Notes: a model not told the origin generated them from the sequence alone. DNA of 64,000 nucleotides from Oikopleura dioica (GCA_907165135.1 OU015568.1:4216001-4280000); one strand, 5' to 3'. Numbered from the stretch's first letter, positions 40,541-53,076 are shown. Translations and numbers: made by a program.

Positions 40541-41171
40541 GATAACGGATTTTTTTTATAAATTTCTCATAAAAAACTGAGCGGTCAGATTTTAATGACA
40601 ACAAATGAAATTGTCAGTTGCATTTTTAAATTCTAGCAATCTGGGACGAGAAAATGCACATCTTTGTTTTGACTCACCTTGATGAAACCACGATGCGGTT
40701 GAGCTTGTTTGAGCCGGAAGAAAACAATCTAATACTTTGCGATTCAAATATTTAGCACAGTGCGCCATCTTAAAAATAACGATTTCTGCTGAGAAAGCAG
40801 TTTAGACGCTTTTCAAGAAAATTTGGAAGGAAGTCAACAAATTATTTTTGCGAGCAAGAAATTGTCGAATTTTGATTGAACAAGTTCGAATTTTCAAATT
40901 TCGCCGCTCTTGATAATTCATCGCATGTGTCAAAATAATGTCAAAAAGGCCTGAATCCTAACACGTTGATTTCCACGGGCGATCGGGCCGGCTGAGAGAC
41001 GTCAGCTTACTAATATTGTTACTCTCTTAATTTCCAGTTGAGGACAGGCGGCAATGATTGCAAAGCAGATTTGCCGGCTTTTACAAAGGGGGCGAAAAAC
41101 GTTTTACAAATCATGAGAAAAAAGAAGAAAATAATTACATCAATTTGGCTAGGAAACCTGTGTCAAAAACC

Positions 41172-41314
41172 TGAGTCAGGTTCTGAAAAGCCGCGTAGCG
41201 GCTTCGTTTTTAAAATACCCGCAAAGGGCGTCTAGATTCATGCTCTTCAAGACCTTGACTCAGGTTTTGGACACAGGTTGACGAGCTCATGATTTCAAAT
41301 TGACCTTGACTCAG
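41172..41314. promoter_or_regulatory. Putative enhancer: AP-1 and nuclear-receptor motif cluster
   Basis: TGAGTCA at 41172. gaccttgactcagg occurs twice (41251, 41302), combining a TCAAGGTC(A)-type site with TGACTCA. Confidence 0.35.
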
Positions 41315-42594
41315 GTCTTCTTCAGGGGTTGCCGGTATAAGATACCGATGATTTTTGATGATTACCTCGAAAACAAAAGCCCGAATTAGCGACATCGAGC
41401 GAGCAGATATCATTTTCTTTGTGCTCGGAGGACCCCCCCTGCTGGAAGAAATTTAAGTAAAAGAAGAATAAACTCTTCTGGAGAATTTGCTTTATTTCGG
41501 GATATTTACAGTCAGAGGTTGAGGAATATATAAAAATTTCAATTTTTTCTAAAGTCGATACTTATGTCGTAACTTTGCTAAAAAACCGGGGTCGGAAAAT
41601 GTGATCCAGGAAGATCCAGCTTTTGCTCGTCTCATTGCCAAAATAAGACGCTTCCCCTTCATAACGGGATGATTTTGGAAAGAAAAAAATGAATCCGGAT
41701 TGATGCTTCTCCCGAGAACGAGATTCTGGACATGTCACATGTGTCGTGCCGCCATGTTTAAAAGGCGATCTGAGATTTCCGCGACGGAAGTAAAAAAACG
41801 GAAAAGGATAATTTCTGTTTGTTTTTGTCCAACTCTTCTCAGGGGGCGAAGAAAGAAGGAATTTCAGGCGAATGGAAACAGGAATTAGAGAAACGTGCAG
41901 CTGAGCGATTTTCTGATAAGATGAAAGTTTTCGAATTCCGGATTGAGCAGAGCCCCAGTCCCGCCTTTTTCGAAGAGATCGCTTTTCGTAATGCTCATTT
42001 TTCTGTTTTTTTTTTCAAAAGCATCAATAACAATTCAATAGTGATAAAAAAGTTCACTTATTTGAAGCTGACTTTCGCGTTTTATGTAACTCTTCCGGGA
42101 GTAACTGCATGTTTTCAAAACACCACCTGCTGACATAATTTTCGCACATCCTCAATTGTTTTACTAGAAAAGGAGTTATTATTTGTTGAAAAAAATGACA
42201 CTTGTGATAAAGTAACATGGCTAAATCAAGGTGCAAATAAATTAGAATCAAGCAAAATTGATCAAATTAAAGGTTTAATTACGCGCTACGTTTATTGGCA
42301 AAATGATCTGTAGTTAGAAAAGCAAAGTGAAAGGCGATAAGGGCTGAGTGGAACATGATCAAGAAAGCTGCGACATGAATGGAGGCGAGGCGACGCGGAA
42401 ACATTTTCAAAGGACACGAAAACGTCAAAAGAACATGACTTCTTTAAAAATTGCTCTTCACGTTTTTTGACCATCTCATCGGACGATAAGCCCTTAATTT
42501 TCATTTGAAGCATTAAACGAAACTTTTTAGAAATAAGGGTATCAGTGATACCGTATCACTCTGTTAACGGAAAAAAAGGTTAAGTCCCTTTTTA

Positions 42595-42707
42595 GGGACT
42601 AAAACAATTCGTGGAAGCTTATTTTTGGATGACCAATAAGATTGCTGTATTTGGCCTATCAGCCAATCAAAACCCAGATCTATAAAATCACTTTCATAAA
42701 TTGGTTC
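42595..42707. repeat. Dispersed ~115-bp repeat, copy 2
   Basis: Homologous to 4473-4586 in the same orientation. Confidence 0.8.
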
Positions 42708-44699
42708 AACCTTTTTGAAGATATTACTTTGGAACTTATAAAGAATTATCAAGAAAAGATTTTGAGGTTTGAAGATTAATAATCTTGGTTCAGGCAAATA
42801 CAGAGTATTCGCTTTCCAAAAGGTATTCACTTGCCGGAAAGAATATATGGTAATTTTGGTGAGACGGAATTAAATAATGAGATGGCACTTTTCCTTCTCA
42901 CGTTTTCTAGTTCATCTTATTCTATACCCCAGAATCTGTGATTTACAGCGAAGGATACTAAGACTGTTTTTCTTCAATTCAAAATCTTCTGTCACGTGGC
43001 ATAAGTGACCCCAGCGCGGGGATAATCCCGCTCGTGACTTAAAAAAGATAAAACCGAGGAGAGTACAGATGGAAAATATCAAATTTGCGACAGTGTCTCT
43101 GCTACAATCTGTGTTTTTTATTTACGTCTTCTGCATAAAAACTGTACTTCAAATGCGTTTCTTCAAGTTTCTGAAAAATAATTTTATATCATTCTCGAAA
43201 AATGATGTGTTTTATGGGAAGTCCAGCTCGCCCGCAAAATTCGTAGCGATGGAGTTTAGCTGAAGTTCATTGGGAAATAAAAATGTGTGTTACAGAATGC
43301 TCTTACTTAGAAAACGGAAAGGAGAACACTTGGCGGAACAAGAATTTGAGGTTGAAAAACCATTTTTTAGTTTACTAAATAACATGAATTAAGGGCTTCA
43401 CTTACCTTGACTGAACAATCGTACAGTAGGATACCAAAGGAACAAATTTCAAAAAAAGAAAATTAAGGGGGTATCTTCGTAAAAAAATTTTGAAGATGAA
43501 TTCGCTCCATCAAGAGAAAAAATACTGAAATTCTTGTCAAACAAGCACAACAATGCCCTGAATCTACGTCATTTTTTCTGTTTTGCACCCTGTTGATCTA
43601 TTCACTCAAAGCATAGAAAAAGCGCTCGTCTTGTCAAAACTGCCAGTCGATGCAAATCAAAGACTGGTTCAGCCAGGAGACAATCAATGAAGGTAATTAT
43701 TAAAAGCCCTTCTTCTTTTTCTCGATCTTGATTTTCCGAGCAGACAGAATTTCTAATCAAAAATAGAGAGAAAAAGACAGAAGTAAAGATTAAGGATCAT
43801 GAGTTTTAAGCTGGCCGCGTGTTGTTTCGGAACTGGAAAGGTAATCAAGAAATTTCCTATCTCAAGTCCACTAAAAAGGTTTCGCGAGTAAGTTAAAGAA
43901 TAGAGAGAGTATGGCAATGTTTTTACAACCAGTTCAGGTAGCTAACAATTTTTTTGCGAATATAATAAATGAATCAATTATTAACTAAGTTAAAAATTGA
44001 TAAACAACAGTCTTTTTGATTCTTTATGGTTCGTTTTACCTTACAATCTCGAATCTAAAGTGTTGATTCTTCAAAACAGAAATAAGAACGGAACGTAGCC
44101 ACGCACGAGACGTAGCAAAAGTAAATTTACTGAGGTCTCTTTACTCTTTCCAATCGTCCCCTATCGATTGTTCCATTTCCTCATTCTTATTTTTCCATTC
44201 TAAAGTGCTCGGATAATACTCCTTCTTTCAAATTTAACTCTCGTCAAGGCTATATTCAATTCGATTGTCTACTAAATATAAATTGCTCGATTAAAAATGC
44301 ATCAATTAAGTCATCGTTTTTCGTAAAAAGATAGATAAGTGAGCCCCTTAAAAGTTGCCCGTTGTCCATTTTCAACAATAAAATGGGATCGCTTGAAAGT
44401 CCTCCGGCGAAAGTTTTCAGTATCCATATTGGATGACACGCTCGATTTGCTTCCTATCAAATAAATAATTCCGCGGCGCTTTTCTTTCAATTTTCCTTTC
44501 TTCCGAAAGTCATTTTTTCCATTTTTCTATTTGACGAAGCTTTCGATTTCCAAAATTTATCCAACGCGGAGCTCGTGATTTGATTTTTTTTCCAACTGAA
44601 TACATAGAAGAGACGCTGTTTGATCGCTCGTCAATCACTTACTTTTTTTTCAAGAAAAAAGAAACTTCGAAAAATATATTTTTTTTTTTGGAAATAAAA

Positions 44700-44882
44700 A
44701 TGATGAAAAAACGATTTCAGCTTACGAGACAAAATGCGATCGATGAAAATTCATCGAAAGAAATCGAGAAAAGTGCAAGTGCAGATTCCAAGAAAAACTC
44801 GATCAAAAGACAAAACGCGTTCGACGGAAATGAGAATATTTTGCGAAAACAGATTACTGTAATTCGAGCGCCTTCTTTGTGA
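44700..44882 (+). CDS. Putative 60-aa microprotein with two RQNAxD motifs
   Basis: MMKKRFQLTRQNAIDENSS..SIKRQNAFDGNENILRKQITVIRAPSL*. The repeats differ at silent positions (AAT/AAC, GAT/GAC). A T-rich tract precedes the ATG. Confidence 0.5.
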   Translation: MMKKRFQLTRQNAIDENSSKEIEKSASADSKKNSIKRQNAFDGNENILRKQITVIRAPSL

Positions 44883-45589
44883 TTTCTTTGCTTTCTGTAA
44901 ATAAATTTGCGTATACAAAAATGGGAAATCGTCTTTTGATTTCCCTAATTGGGAAAAAGTAACCTTAGACTAAGGTTACCTTAGTGATACCCTTAATTTT
45001 TGCTCTTATCAAAGATAAATAATCAAATAGCTTTCAGAAGCAATAAAAAATTGTCGCCTTTAACAAGCAACCGATTTATCATAATTTCAGAAACATCCGT
45101 TAAGATTTTTTCATCAAACGTGGCGTATCGTGATGTTCCGCTAAACTAGTTATGTAGTACAACATACACTTTTACGCGTTTTCACCTGCCACCCGTGGCT
45201 TAATTTATAACGGCCATTTTTATGTTTTGAAAACTTCGGAATTAAGATTCTTGAGGCGATAATTAGTCATTTTATACGAATAGAGATACAGGAGAAACTA
45301 TGTGTTGGCTAAGAAGACATCCGATTTTTTTAGGTCAATTCTTTGTAGTATAAATTTTTTTATTAAAAAACCCCTCATTCTTTGAAAAAATTTTTTAAAG
45401 CGGATCATAATTCTCGTTTCTTTTCCGGTTGTCTTCTTAGTGTCTCATAACATCGACCATAAATTTTTTATTATACAACGACGAAGGCGTCTACACAAAT
45501 TTTATTGCTCCTCTGAAAATGTAGCGGTGCCCAAAAGGGAAAGTCACTTTGAAAAATGCACGACAACTAACAACGAATCGATTTTTCCG

Positions 45590-46414
45590 ATGAGCGAAAA
45601 TTCAGAGCTTCTTAACACCCGCTGTTTAGCTAGCGCTTTTTTGACTTTTATCAAAAAGCCAGTCAAAGTTCAGGAAGTAGCAGTTAGAGAAAACTGTCTC
45701 CTTGCCTTGGAACGTAGACAAACCGGTGTTCATGTTGGTACTTATTTCGTCGCGAGAGACTCTGAAAACAAAGTCTTGAGGGACTATTACAGAATGAAAA
45801 TCAAGTACAAAATCAAGCCGGAAATTGCACGAGAATACTTTCAGCCAGATGAAGATGTTCCATTGTTCATTCTCCCTATCAACGATACTAACAAGTAAGA
45901 AAATGAAAACTTGGTCAATTCATCATTAAGATTTTTCATCGAATTTTTCACTGAAGCAGACTTGGCCGAATTCTACATGATAATGAGTGACATTGCGCTT
46001 GATAAAGGTTCAAAAGGGCATAAAATTTCATTGGGAGAATCTTATTCCTCGATCTTAGGAAAAGAAGGGCGTCAGAAGTTTAAACCAAAGAAGAGCGCAG
46101 AACACACTGAAGACATCATTTTCTACTACAAAAATCTGAGCTATTATCGAAAAGCCCTACTCGAAGACAAAGAGAGAGAAGGAGGAGAAAGCGATATCAC
46201 AGACGGTCGAGGACTGCTAGGAATCGAAGAAGTCATCGCTGCACAAAACATTTTGAGCAGAGTCATCGCCGCGAACCAGAATCGAAGATTAGATTCCGCA
46301 GTTGCTGAGACTGAGAGCGAGACTGAAAGCCTGGATTCTGATATTGCTGAAACTGAGAGTGTTTTGACAGTGGACACAATTGAAAGTCGTTCTGCTGACC
46401 GATTCCAAATTTAA
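45590..46414 (+). CDS. Orphan-family protein with PH-fold-like N-terminal domain, paralogue 1
   Basis: ORFs 45440-45898 and 45911-46414 are joined by intron 45895-45929. Clear protein similarity to 57503-58355. Confidence 0.75.
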
Positions 46415-46769
46415 CTCTGAGCTGTGTATATAAAAACTGTTTTTATATACAGTACATTCGCTTTCAAAAAATAAATTTGTTCTTGAAACAAAGATTAAAT
46501 TGATAATATTATCTTTCTTGAACGCCAAGATAGATTACCCGTCAAGTTAAAATGAATCGCCTCAGAGTCGAATTATCTTGGGCATTGGCAATTACTCTCT
46601 GTTGTACATTATGATGAGAAATGTAAGGTCAATCCCGCCTGATTCGGTCAATCAGTAACTGATTTGAGGTTCAGCCGCATTCCATTTCTAATTAATTCAA
46701 AGCAACATCAGAAAATAAAACGACACTGAGCATTTAACAAACGGCGATTTTGAATTTAACAAATTAAAA

Positions 46770-48420
46770 ATGAACGTTTTTCCCTGCGCCTTGACAAACA
46801 TAAATGCTGACAAAAGAGAGGAACGGCAAAGAGCGAAAATAGGTACTAGTGAAATTCTAGAAAAAAAGAAAGGAAATTTAAGGGGATCGAATTTACAAAT
46901 ACTCTGATGATGGAAGCTCGGCGCTAGAATTTAATGTTTCTGGAGAGCGATTTCGCGTGAATCGAAATCTTCTAGAGATGTTGCCAGAAAGCACTCTTGG
47001 GAACTTTTATAAAAGAGAAGTTTATTTCGACGCGAAAAGAAACGAGTACTTTTTGGATCGGCATAAAAAGACGTTTGAAGCAATCATTGATTTTTATTAT
47101 TCGAATCATTACAAGATCAGGATTCAACAATTGAAAAAGGCTCCATTTTCCATCAGCAATCCTCTGAAAGTCTCAAGGTCTTCTGCGCCCAAATGACATT
47201 CCACTGGATATTTTCATCGAAGAACTTCGATTCTATGATCTTCCGATTCCGATCATCCTTGATTTCCTCAAGTCAGAAGGGATTGATGTCATCGACATCA
47301 CTTACAAAGGAAAACCGTGGAACTATCATGTTTGGCAGTTTTTGGAAAGCCCTCGCTATTCAAAAAAGAGCTCGATTCTGCATCACTTTAATACTGTAAT
47401 GATAATCGGTAAGAAGCCCCTCTGTTCTTCCGAATTAATTTTTAGCTTCGATTTTCATCTTCTGCGTGGAGACACTCCCACCTCTGATCCAACAAGCTGA
47501 TGATAACTGTACAAAGGTTCGTGGTGGTTTTTCATAATCGCGCTCCAACCGCACTCTTAAATTTGTGTAAGATCACTGATCAGGATTGCTGATCCTTTTT
47601 TCAGGAATCGAAATGCTCCCCAGAAGATTTATTTGAACAGAAAATTGTCTCAAGTGAAAGCTTTTACAATCAGCTACCGAACTCAGTAATATTCAAAATA
47701 CAGTCAAAAGCTCTTTTGAAGAGTTGCTTATTATGCTTTCTTATTCGACGTTGTTTCGTCCATCTATTTTGGTTTGGAGCTTTTCGTCCGATTCAACTGC
47801 TGCGATGATAGATACGTCTTCATTTGCGACCCTTTCAATATTTTTGACTTCGTTGATTTCACCATTTTTTCACTGTACTTCGCCACTCGATTGTTGGCGA
47901 TTCAACAACATGGACCTGGAAGGCACTTTTTGATTGCTCTTATGCACAAAACAAGGTAAAGCATTCCCTGCTCTCTTTTTTCATCTCCAGACTTTTATGC
48001 ATTGCCCGACTTTTGAAACTCTGCCGTCATTCGCGAGGACTCCGGCTTCTTTCGGCAACGATTATGCACTCGAAATTCATGCTCTTCCAACTTGTCGTTC
48101 TTCAACTTATTTTCGCGATCATTTTCGGCAGCTTCATTTATTACTCTGAAATGGACGTCCCAAATAGTAGATTCGACAATATTCCAATTTCCGCTTATTG
48201 GGCGCTTTTTACAATGAACACGATGGGATATGAAGATTTTGTTCCTCAAACGACATTTGGCAGATGTCTTGGTTCACTGTGCACCATTGTTGGCTTGTTT
48301 TGTATTTCATTTCCTGTCCCAGTCATTGTATCTCATTTCGCTTATCTGTATAAGAGAGATAAAGCGGGAAGAGGGGTCAACGCGCTGCTGATTTTGAACG
48401 ACTCGTATAGAATAAAATAA
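46770..48420 (+). CDS. Divergent Shaker/Kv1-like voltage-gated channel subunit
   Basis: T1 domain FNVSGERF..RNEYFLDR..RPNDIPLDIFIEELRFY; S1 IFCVETLP; S2 LELFVRF; S4 RLLCIARLLKLCRHSRGL; pore YWALFTMNTMGYEDFVP; S6 FPVPVIVSHF. Confidence 0.9.
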
Positions 48421-48624
48421 AGATAAAGAGGATTTCCATTGTTTTGAACTATTTTGCCCGGTCAGAGTGCACTTGTTATCTGAGCAAATATTTTCCACTC
48501 TCGGAGGCAAGCGGCCTTGAAGTCCTAATTCGCCACTCCCATTTTCTTACATAACTGTTTCCGTATAATCACGGGAAAAATTTTCTCATCGTTCATTTTT
48601 TTCATAATTTTTTTTTCGGAGAAA

Positions 48625-50725
48625 ATGACAACTTTCTCCGATTATGTTTTTGATGAGCCTGATGCGAAAAAGCTATTAGGTGCATTTTTTACGCTGGGCT
48701 TGACGTTTTCGATTTTGAAGCAGATCTGTAGGAGAATTGAAGAATGGGGGATGGCAACCCTGCCGGATATGCCGGAGAGAATTCAAAGATATTTAATAAG
48801 GGTACGTTATTAATAAAGAAAAATTCCGAAAATAATATTTATCAACAAGGCGCATCTAAAATGGTGGAGTTTGCGCCTCCAAGCTGGCGGCAATGTCGAA
48901 AAACAGCACGAATACAAAGCGAAAATGGTCAAAATCTTCCGCGAAAACGAAAAGATCGCGGAAGCAACTGAAGAAGCAAAAGAACAACACTACGAAGTCC
49001 CAACTGAATTTTTCAAACTTTCACTTGGACGATGGCTGAAGTACAGTTCGTGCTACTGGCCAAGAGGTTGTGATAGTTTGAACGATGCGGAGGTAGCCAT
49101 GCTTGAGAAAATTTGCGAACGCGCTCAGGTAAAAAAATCGGAAAAACAGAATCTGATGACTGTTGATTCAGATAAAGGATGGTCAACATGTTTTGGACCT
49201 TGGATGCGGATGGGGGAGTTGTGGGCTCTATCTTCTAAAGAAATACCCGAACATTCACGTGACGTTTTTTTCCAACTCGCGAACTCAGCAGGTTTGTACG
49301 CTTAGTTTGCTTTCGGGGTAATGTCAATATCTAAGGAGCACATTCGAAATGAAGCAAAGAAAGGTGGAAACTTGAACAGAATCAGGTCGATCACTGGTGA
49401 TGTCAATGTCGTTGATGTCGTGGATGAAAATGGAAAGGTAAGCATATTTACATTGATGTTTCTTCAACGAAATTGTCTTAGCACTAACTAAAAAAATTGG
49501 TTATTTCTTATCAATTTTTAAAGAGGAAAAAGTTATATTCAAATGTGTCTTTGGACTATGTTATGATTTCTTTATCATAATTCTAGACAATCGAATTCGA
49601 CAGAATTGTGACAAATGAAATGTTCGAACACATGAAAAACTACGATCGTCTTTTCGAAAAAGTCTCAAAATGGCTCAAACCAGAAACTGGCCTTCTCTTC
49701 ATCCATGTATTCTGCCATCGAAACTTTCCGTACCAATTCAAAGTGAAAAAATCAAATAATGCCGATTGGATGGCGAAAAACTATTTCACTGGCGGAAGTA
49801 TGCCATCTTTTGGTAAGAAATTAAAAGAGGGAATAATTGGGGAATGACGACTAAGCTCGTGAGGACCAGGTTCAAGGGACTAGGTTCGTGGGACTAGGTT
49901 CGTGGTGGGTTCTGCCAGAGTATTGAAATCGGGCTATATTTTAGGGCAGAAAGGGAAAAGGGTTGATGTCTAGGTTCGTAGGACTAGGTTCGTCAGCTTT
50001 TAAATGGTAAAAATAAATGGGAACCTAGTCCCACGAACCTAGTTTTCACGAACCTAGTCTTCATGAACCTTGTCCCACGAACCTAGTCATCAACCCATTT
50101 CCTTTACTGCCCAAAAATTTTTTCTATTTAAAATTTCACGAACCTAGTCACACGAACCTAGTCATCAACCAATTTCCTTTACTGGCCAAAAATGGTGAAG
50201 ATACAAAAAAATACATATAAAAATCCGAATTCCACGAACCTAGTCACACAAATAATTTTTTCCGACGTGGCACCCACGAACCTAGTCGCACGAACCTAGT
50301 CCTCACGAACCTGGTCATCCCTCTCAATAATTGTTATTGATATCAATTTTTAGATACGTTCCTGTTTTTCCAGAGAAATTTGAGGATTCAGAATACCTGG
50401 ATGATGAACGGAACTCATTATTCAAAGGTAAAAACCCGTACTTATGACTCATAAGTTATGAGCCTTTGCTTATTTTTATAGACTCTAGAAGCGTGGCTAC
50501 AACTGATGAAAGACAAGAAGGCCGAAATTTCTTCCATTTTTGCAAAGGAATATGGCCCGAAAGAAGTTCAAAAACAACTCAATAATTGGAAATTATTTTA
50601 TATCATGTCCAGGTTTTTGCCTTTTTTCTCAATAGTTTTCTCATTTGTTTGATTCTAGCGAAGCATTTGCATACAACAAAGGAAACGACTGGTGCGTTGC
50701 GCATTACACATTCAAGCGAAACTAG
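48625..50725 (+). CDS. SAM-dependent methyltransferase, cyclopropane-fatty-acid synthase / coclaurine N-methyltransferase-like (CMAS) family
   Basis: [85 protein letters not shown]. Multi-exon. Confidence 0.88.
49839..50323. mobile_element. Foldback-type element with arrays of GACTAGGTTCGTG subterminal repeats, intronic
   Basis: About 6 copies in the left arm and more than 10 inverted copies (cacgaacctagtc) in the right arm, inside intron 49813-50353. Confidence 0.75.
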
Positions 50726-50901
50726 AAATCGACTGATCTTCCTCCTTATTTTCTGACAGCGTTGTTTTTCGACCCTTCAAATCAATAAATTTCATTCAAA
50801 ACAAAAAGTGTCATAAAATTTGTCGATCATTATTGGGCGCGGTCATGGGGGTTGTTTCAAGAATATAATTCAAGGTTCATTTTCTTTCGAGAGCAGATAA
50901 A

Positions 50902-53076
50902 ATGACACAAGAGACCGTTGTTTTAGCTTATTCTGGCGGTCTTGATACGAGCTGCATTCTCGTTTATTTGGTGAAGCAAGGGTACAGAGTTGTTGCTTGT
51001 ATTGCTGATGTTGGTCAAGGTAGGATAAGATGAGCTTCCTCGGCGCTAGAGATGGATTAAGGATATAGCCGTTCTCAAGGCACTTTCGTAGCGCCGAAAT
51101 GGGGCGATAAAATTTTTTCATTCTAAGACAGGTCCTACCTAAAATTATGTCTAGAATTCGATTGTGATGTTTTTTAAAATTTTTTTTCAAAGAAAATTTC
51201 TCTCTGGAGCGATTTGAAATCTTACGATCACTTTTTCTCGAAATCTTTCAATTAAATCGCTAAAACTAAACCGTGTATTATTATAAATAACTGCTAATCT
51301 ATCTTCCTAGGGCCTTAAAATCTCAAAACCCGAGCAAATTTTAATTCTAGCGTCTTCTTCTTTTTGGCTTTTCTTTTTCAAAAATACTGCGTTCAGGGCG
51401 CTCGACCAATCAGCGCGCTCTTTCACATGCCCGCCTCACCGCGCGATGGAGGAGAGCGCTCAGCGCAGCAAACCAGAGCGCTGTCTGACGCTTCGGCTCA
51501 CTCAAGTAAGCCTCATAAAAATGGCTGTAGAATCATAAATATTTAGAATTTTTTAAAATTTAGGCCCTAGGAATGTAGATAAAGGTCCAAATTTTTAATT
51601 TATCAAAAAAACTCGACCGATTTAATGGAAAATTTTCGAGAAAAAGTGATCGCAAGATTTAAAATTCCTCTAGAGAGAAATTTTTCCATTAAAAAATTAA
51701 AAAGAACACTAGAATCGGGTTTCTAAGGCAATTTTAGGTAGGGTTCCTTTTGAAGTGAAAAAATTTTATCGTCCCCTTTTGGCGCTACGAAAGTGCCTTG
51801 AGAACGGCTATATCCTTAAGATGAGGACTTCGAAAGAGCGAAAGAAAAGGCAATGAGCATTGGCGCTTCCGCCATCTACGTCGAAGATGTCAAGGAAGAA
51901 TTCGTTACGGACTTCATCTGGCCGTGGGTAAAGTCAGGAGCAATTTATGAGGAACAGTACTTGCTGGGGACGAGTCTTGCTCGACCGCTAATTTCCAAGG
52001 CGCTGGTTAAAGTTGCAAGACTGGAAAATGCCCAATATATTTCGCACGGAGCTACTGGCAAGGTATCTTTGTTTGTATCAATAACTAATGATTTCTGATA
52101 AGGGAAATGATCAAGTCCGATTTGAATTGTCAATCGCTGCCCTCGCCCCCGACATCAAAATCATCGCTCCTTGGCGCGATGCCGAATTTTGCGCCAAATT
52201 TGCTGGTCGAAATGACCTCTTCAATTTCGCTGAAGAGAACAATATCCCTCTTCCTGTCTCGAAATCGTCTCCTTGGTCGATGGACGCAAATCTGATGCAC
52301 ATTTCTTATGAAGCCGGAATTCTCGAGGTGAGTCTTTCTTGATTTCAAAAAGAGAAACGAGCGTTCAGGACCCAAATGTTTCTCCTCCTGATCGAATGTG
52401 GCTGATGACAAAAGATCCCGTCAACGCTCCCGATGCTCCTGAATTCATCGAATTGGTGTTCGAAAAAGGACTTCCGGTCATGATGAAATACAGGGAAACG
52501 GAAGTTTCAGCGCCGCTAGAGCTGTTCAAAAAGCTCAATGAAATTGCAGGAGAACACGGAATCGGAAGACTTGACATCATCGAATCAAGATTTGTCGGAA
52601 TGAAATCACGTGGTTGCTATGAAACTCCCGCTGGGACTGTTTTGCTCACTGCTCATAAAGGTTTGTTTAATAAAAACTCTGGAATAAATGTCGACCGTAG
52701 ATCTGGAATCGCTAACAACTGATCGAGAAGTTATCCGATTGAAGCAAAACCTTGGGCGAGAATTTTCCGTTCAAGTTTACAACGGAATGTGGAACTCGCC
52801 CGAGGCCCAATTTACGAGACAAGCGATCGATCATTCTCAGCAATTTGTCAATGGTTCCGTCAAATTGCAGCTCTACAAAGGATTTGTCCGAGTTGTTACA
52901 AGAAATTCGAAGACGAGCGTCTATGATGCTACTTTGGCGTCGATGGATGAGCTGACAGGTTAGTCTAGTTCTCTCGCTTTTGATATCAAAAGTGAATTTT
53001 AGATTATAACCCGGCTGATGCAGAGGGCTTCATCAGAATCAATGCTTTACGATTGAAGCAACATGCGAAACGTTGA
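50902..53076 (+). CDS. ASS1: Argininosuccinate synthase
   Basis: [86 protein letters not shown]. Confidence 0.97.
51061..51815. mobile_element. 755-bp TTAA-flanked MITE (Kolobok-like) in ASS1 intron 1
   Basis: TIR GGATATAGCCGTTCTCAAGGCACTTTCGTAGCGCC is perfect for ~35 bp, then imperfect for ~270 bp. TTAA at 51057-60 and 51816-19; GG..CC termini. Confidence 0.92.

Noticed and set aside
27400-44500. Numerous 60-100-aa ORFs from the ORF track
   Set aside because: Phe/Lys/Ile-biased translations typical of AT-rich non-coding DNA, many starting at TTG/GTG; no motifs.
42537-44996. A 2.4-kb element bounded by TAAGGGTATCA / TGATACCCTTA
   Set aside because: Only ~11-bp inverted match, mismatched flanks (ATAA vs TTAA) and no transposase inside.
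49839-50323. Short repeat array as a CRISPR-like locus
   Set aside because: Units are adjacent or inverted with no unique spacers, and it lies in a eukaryotic spliceosomal intron with no cas genes.
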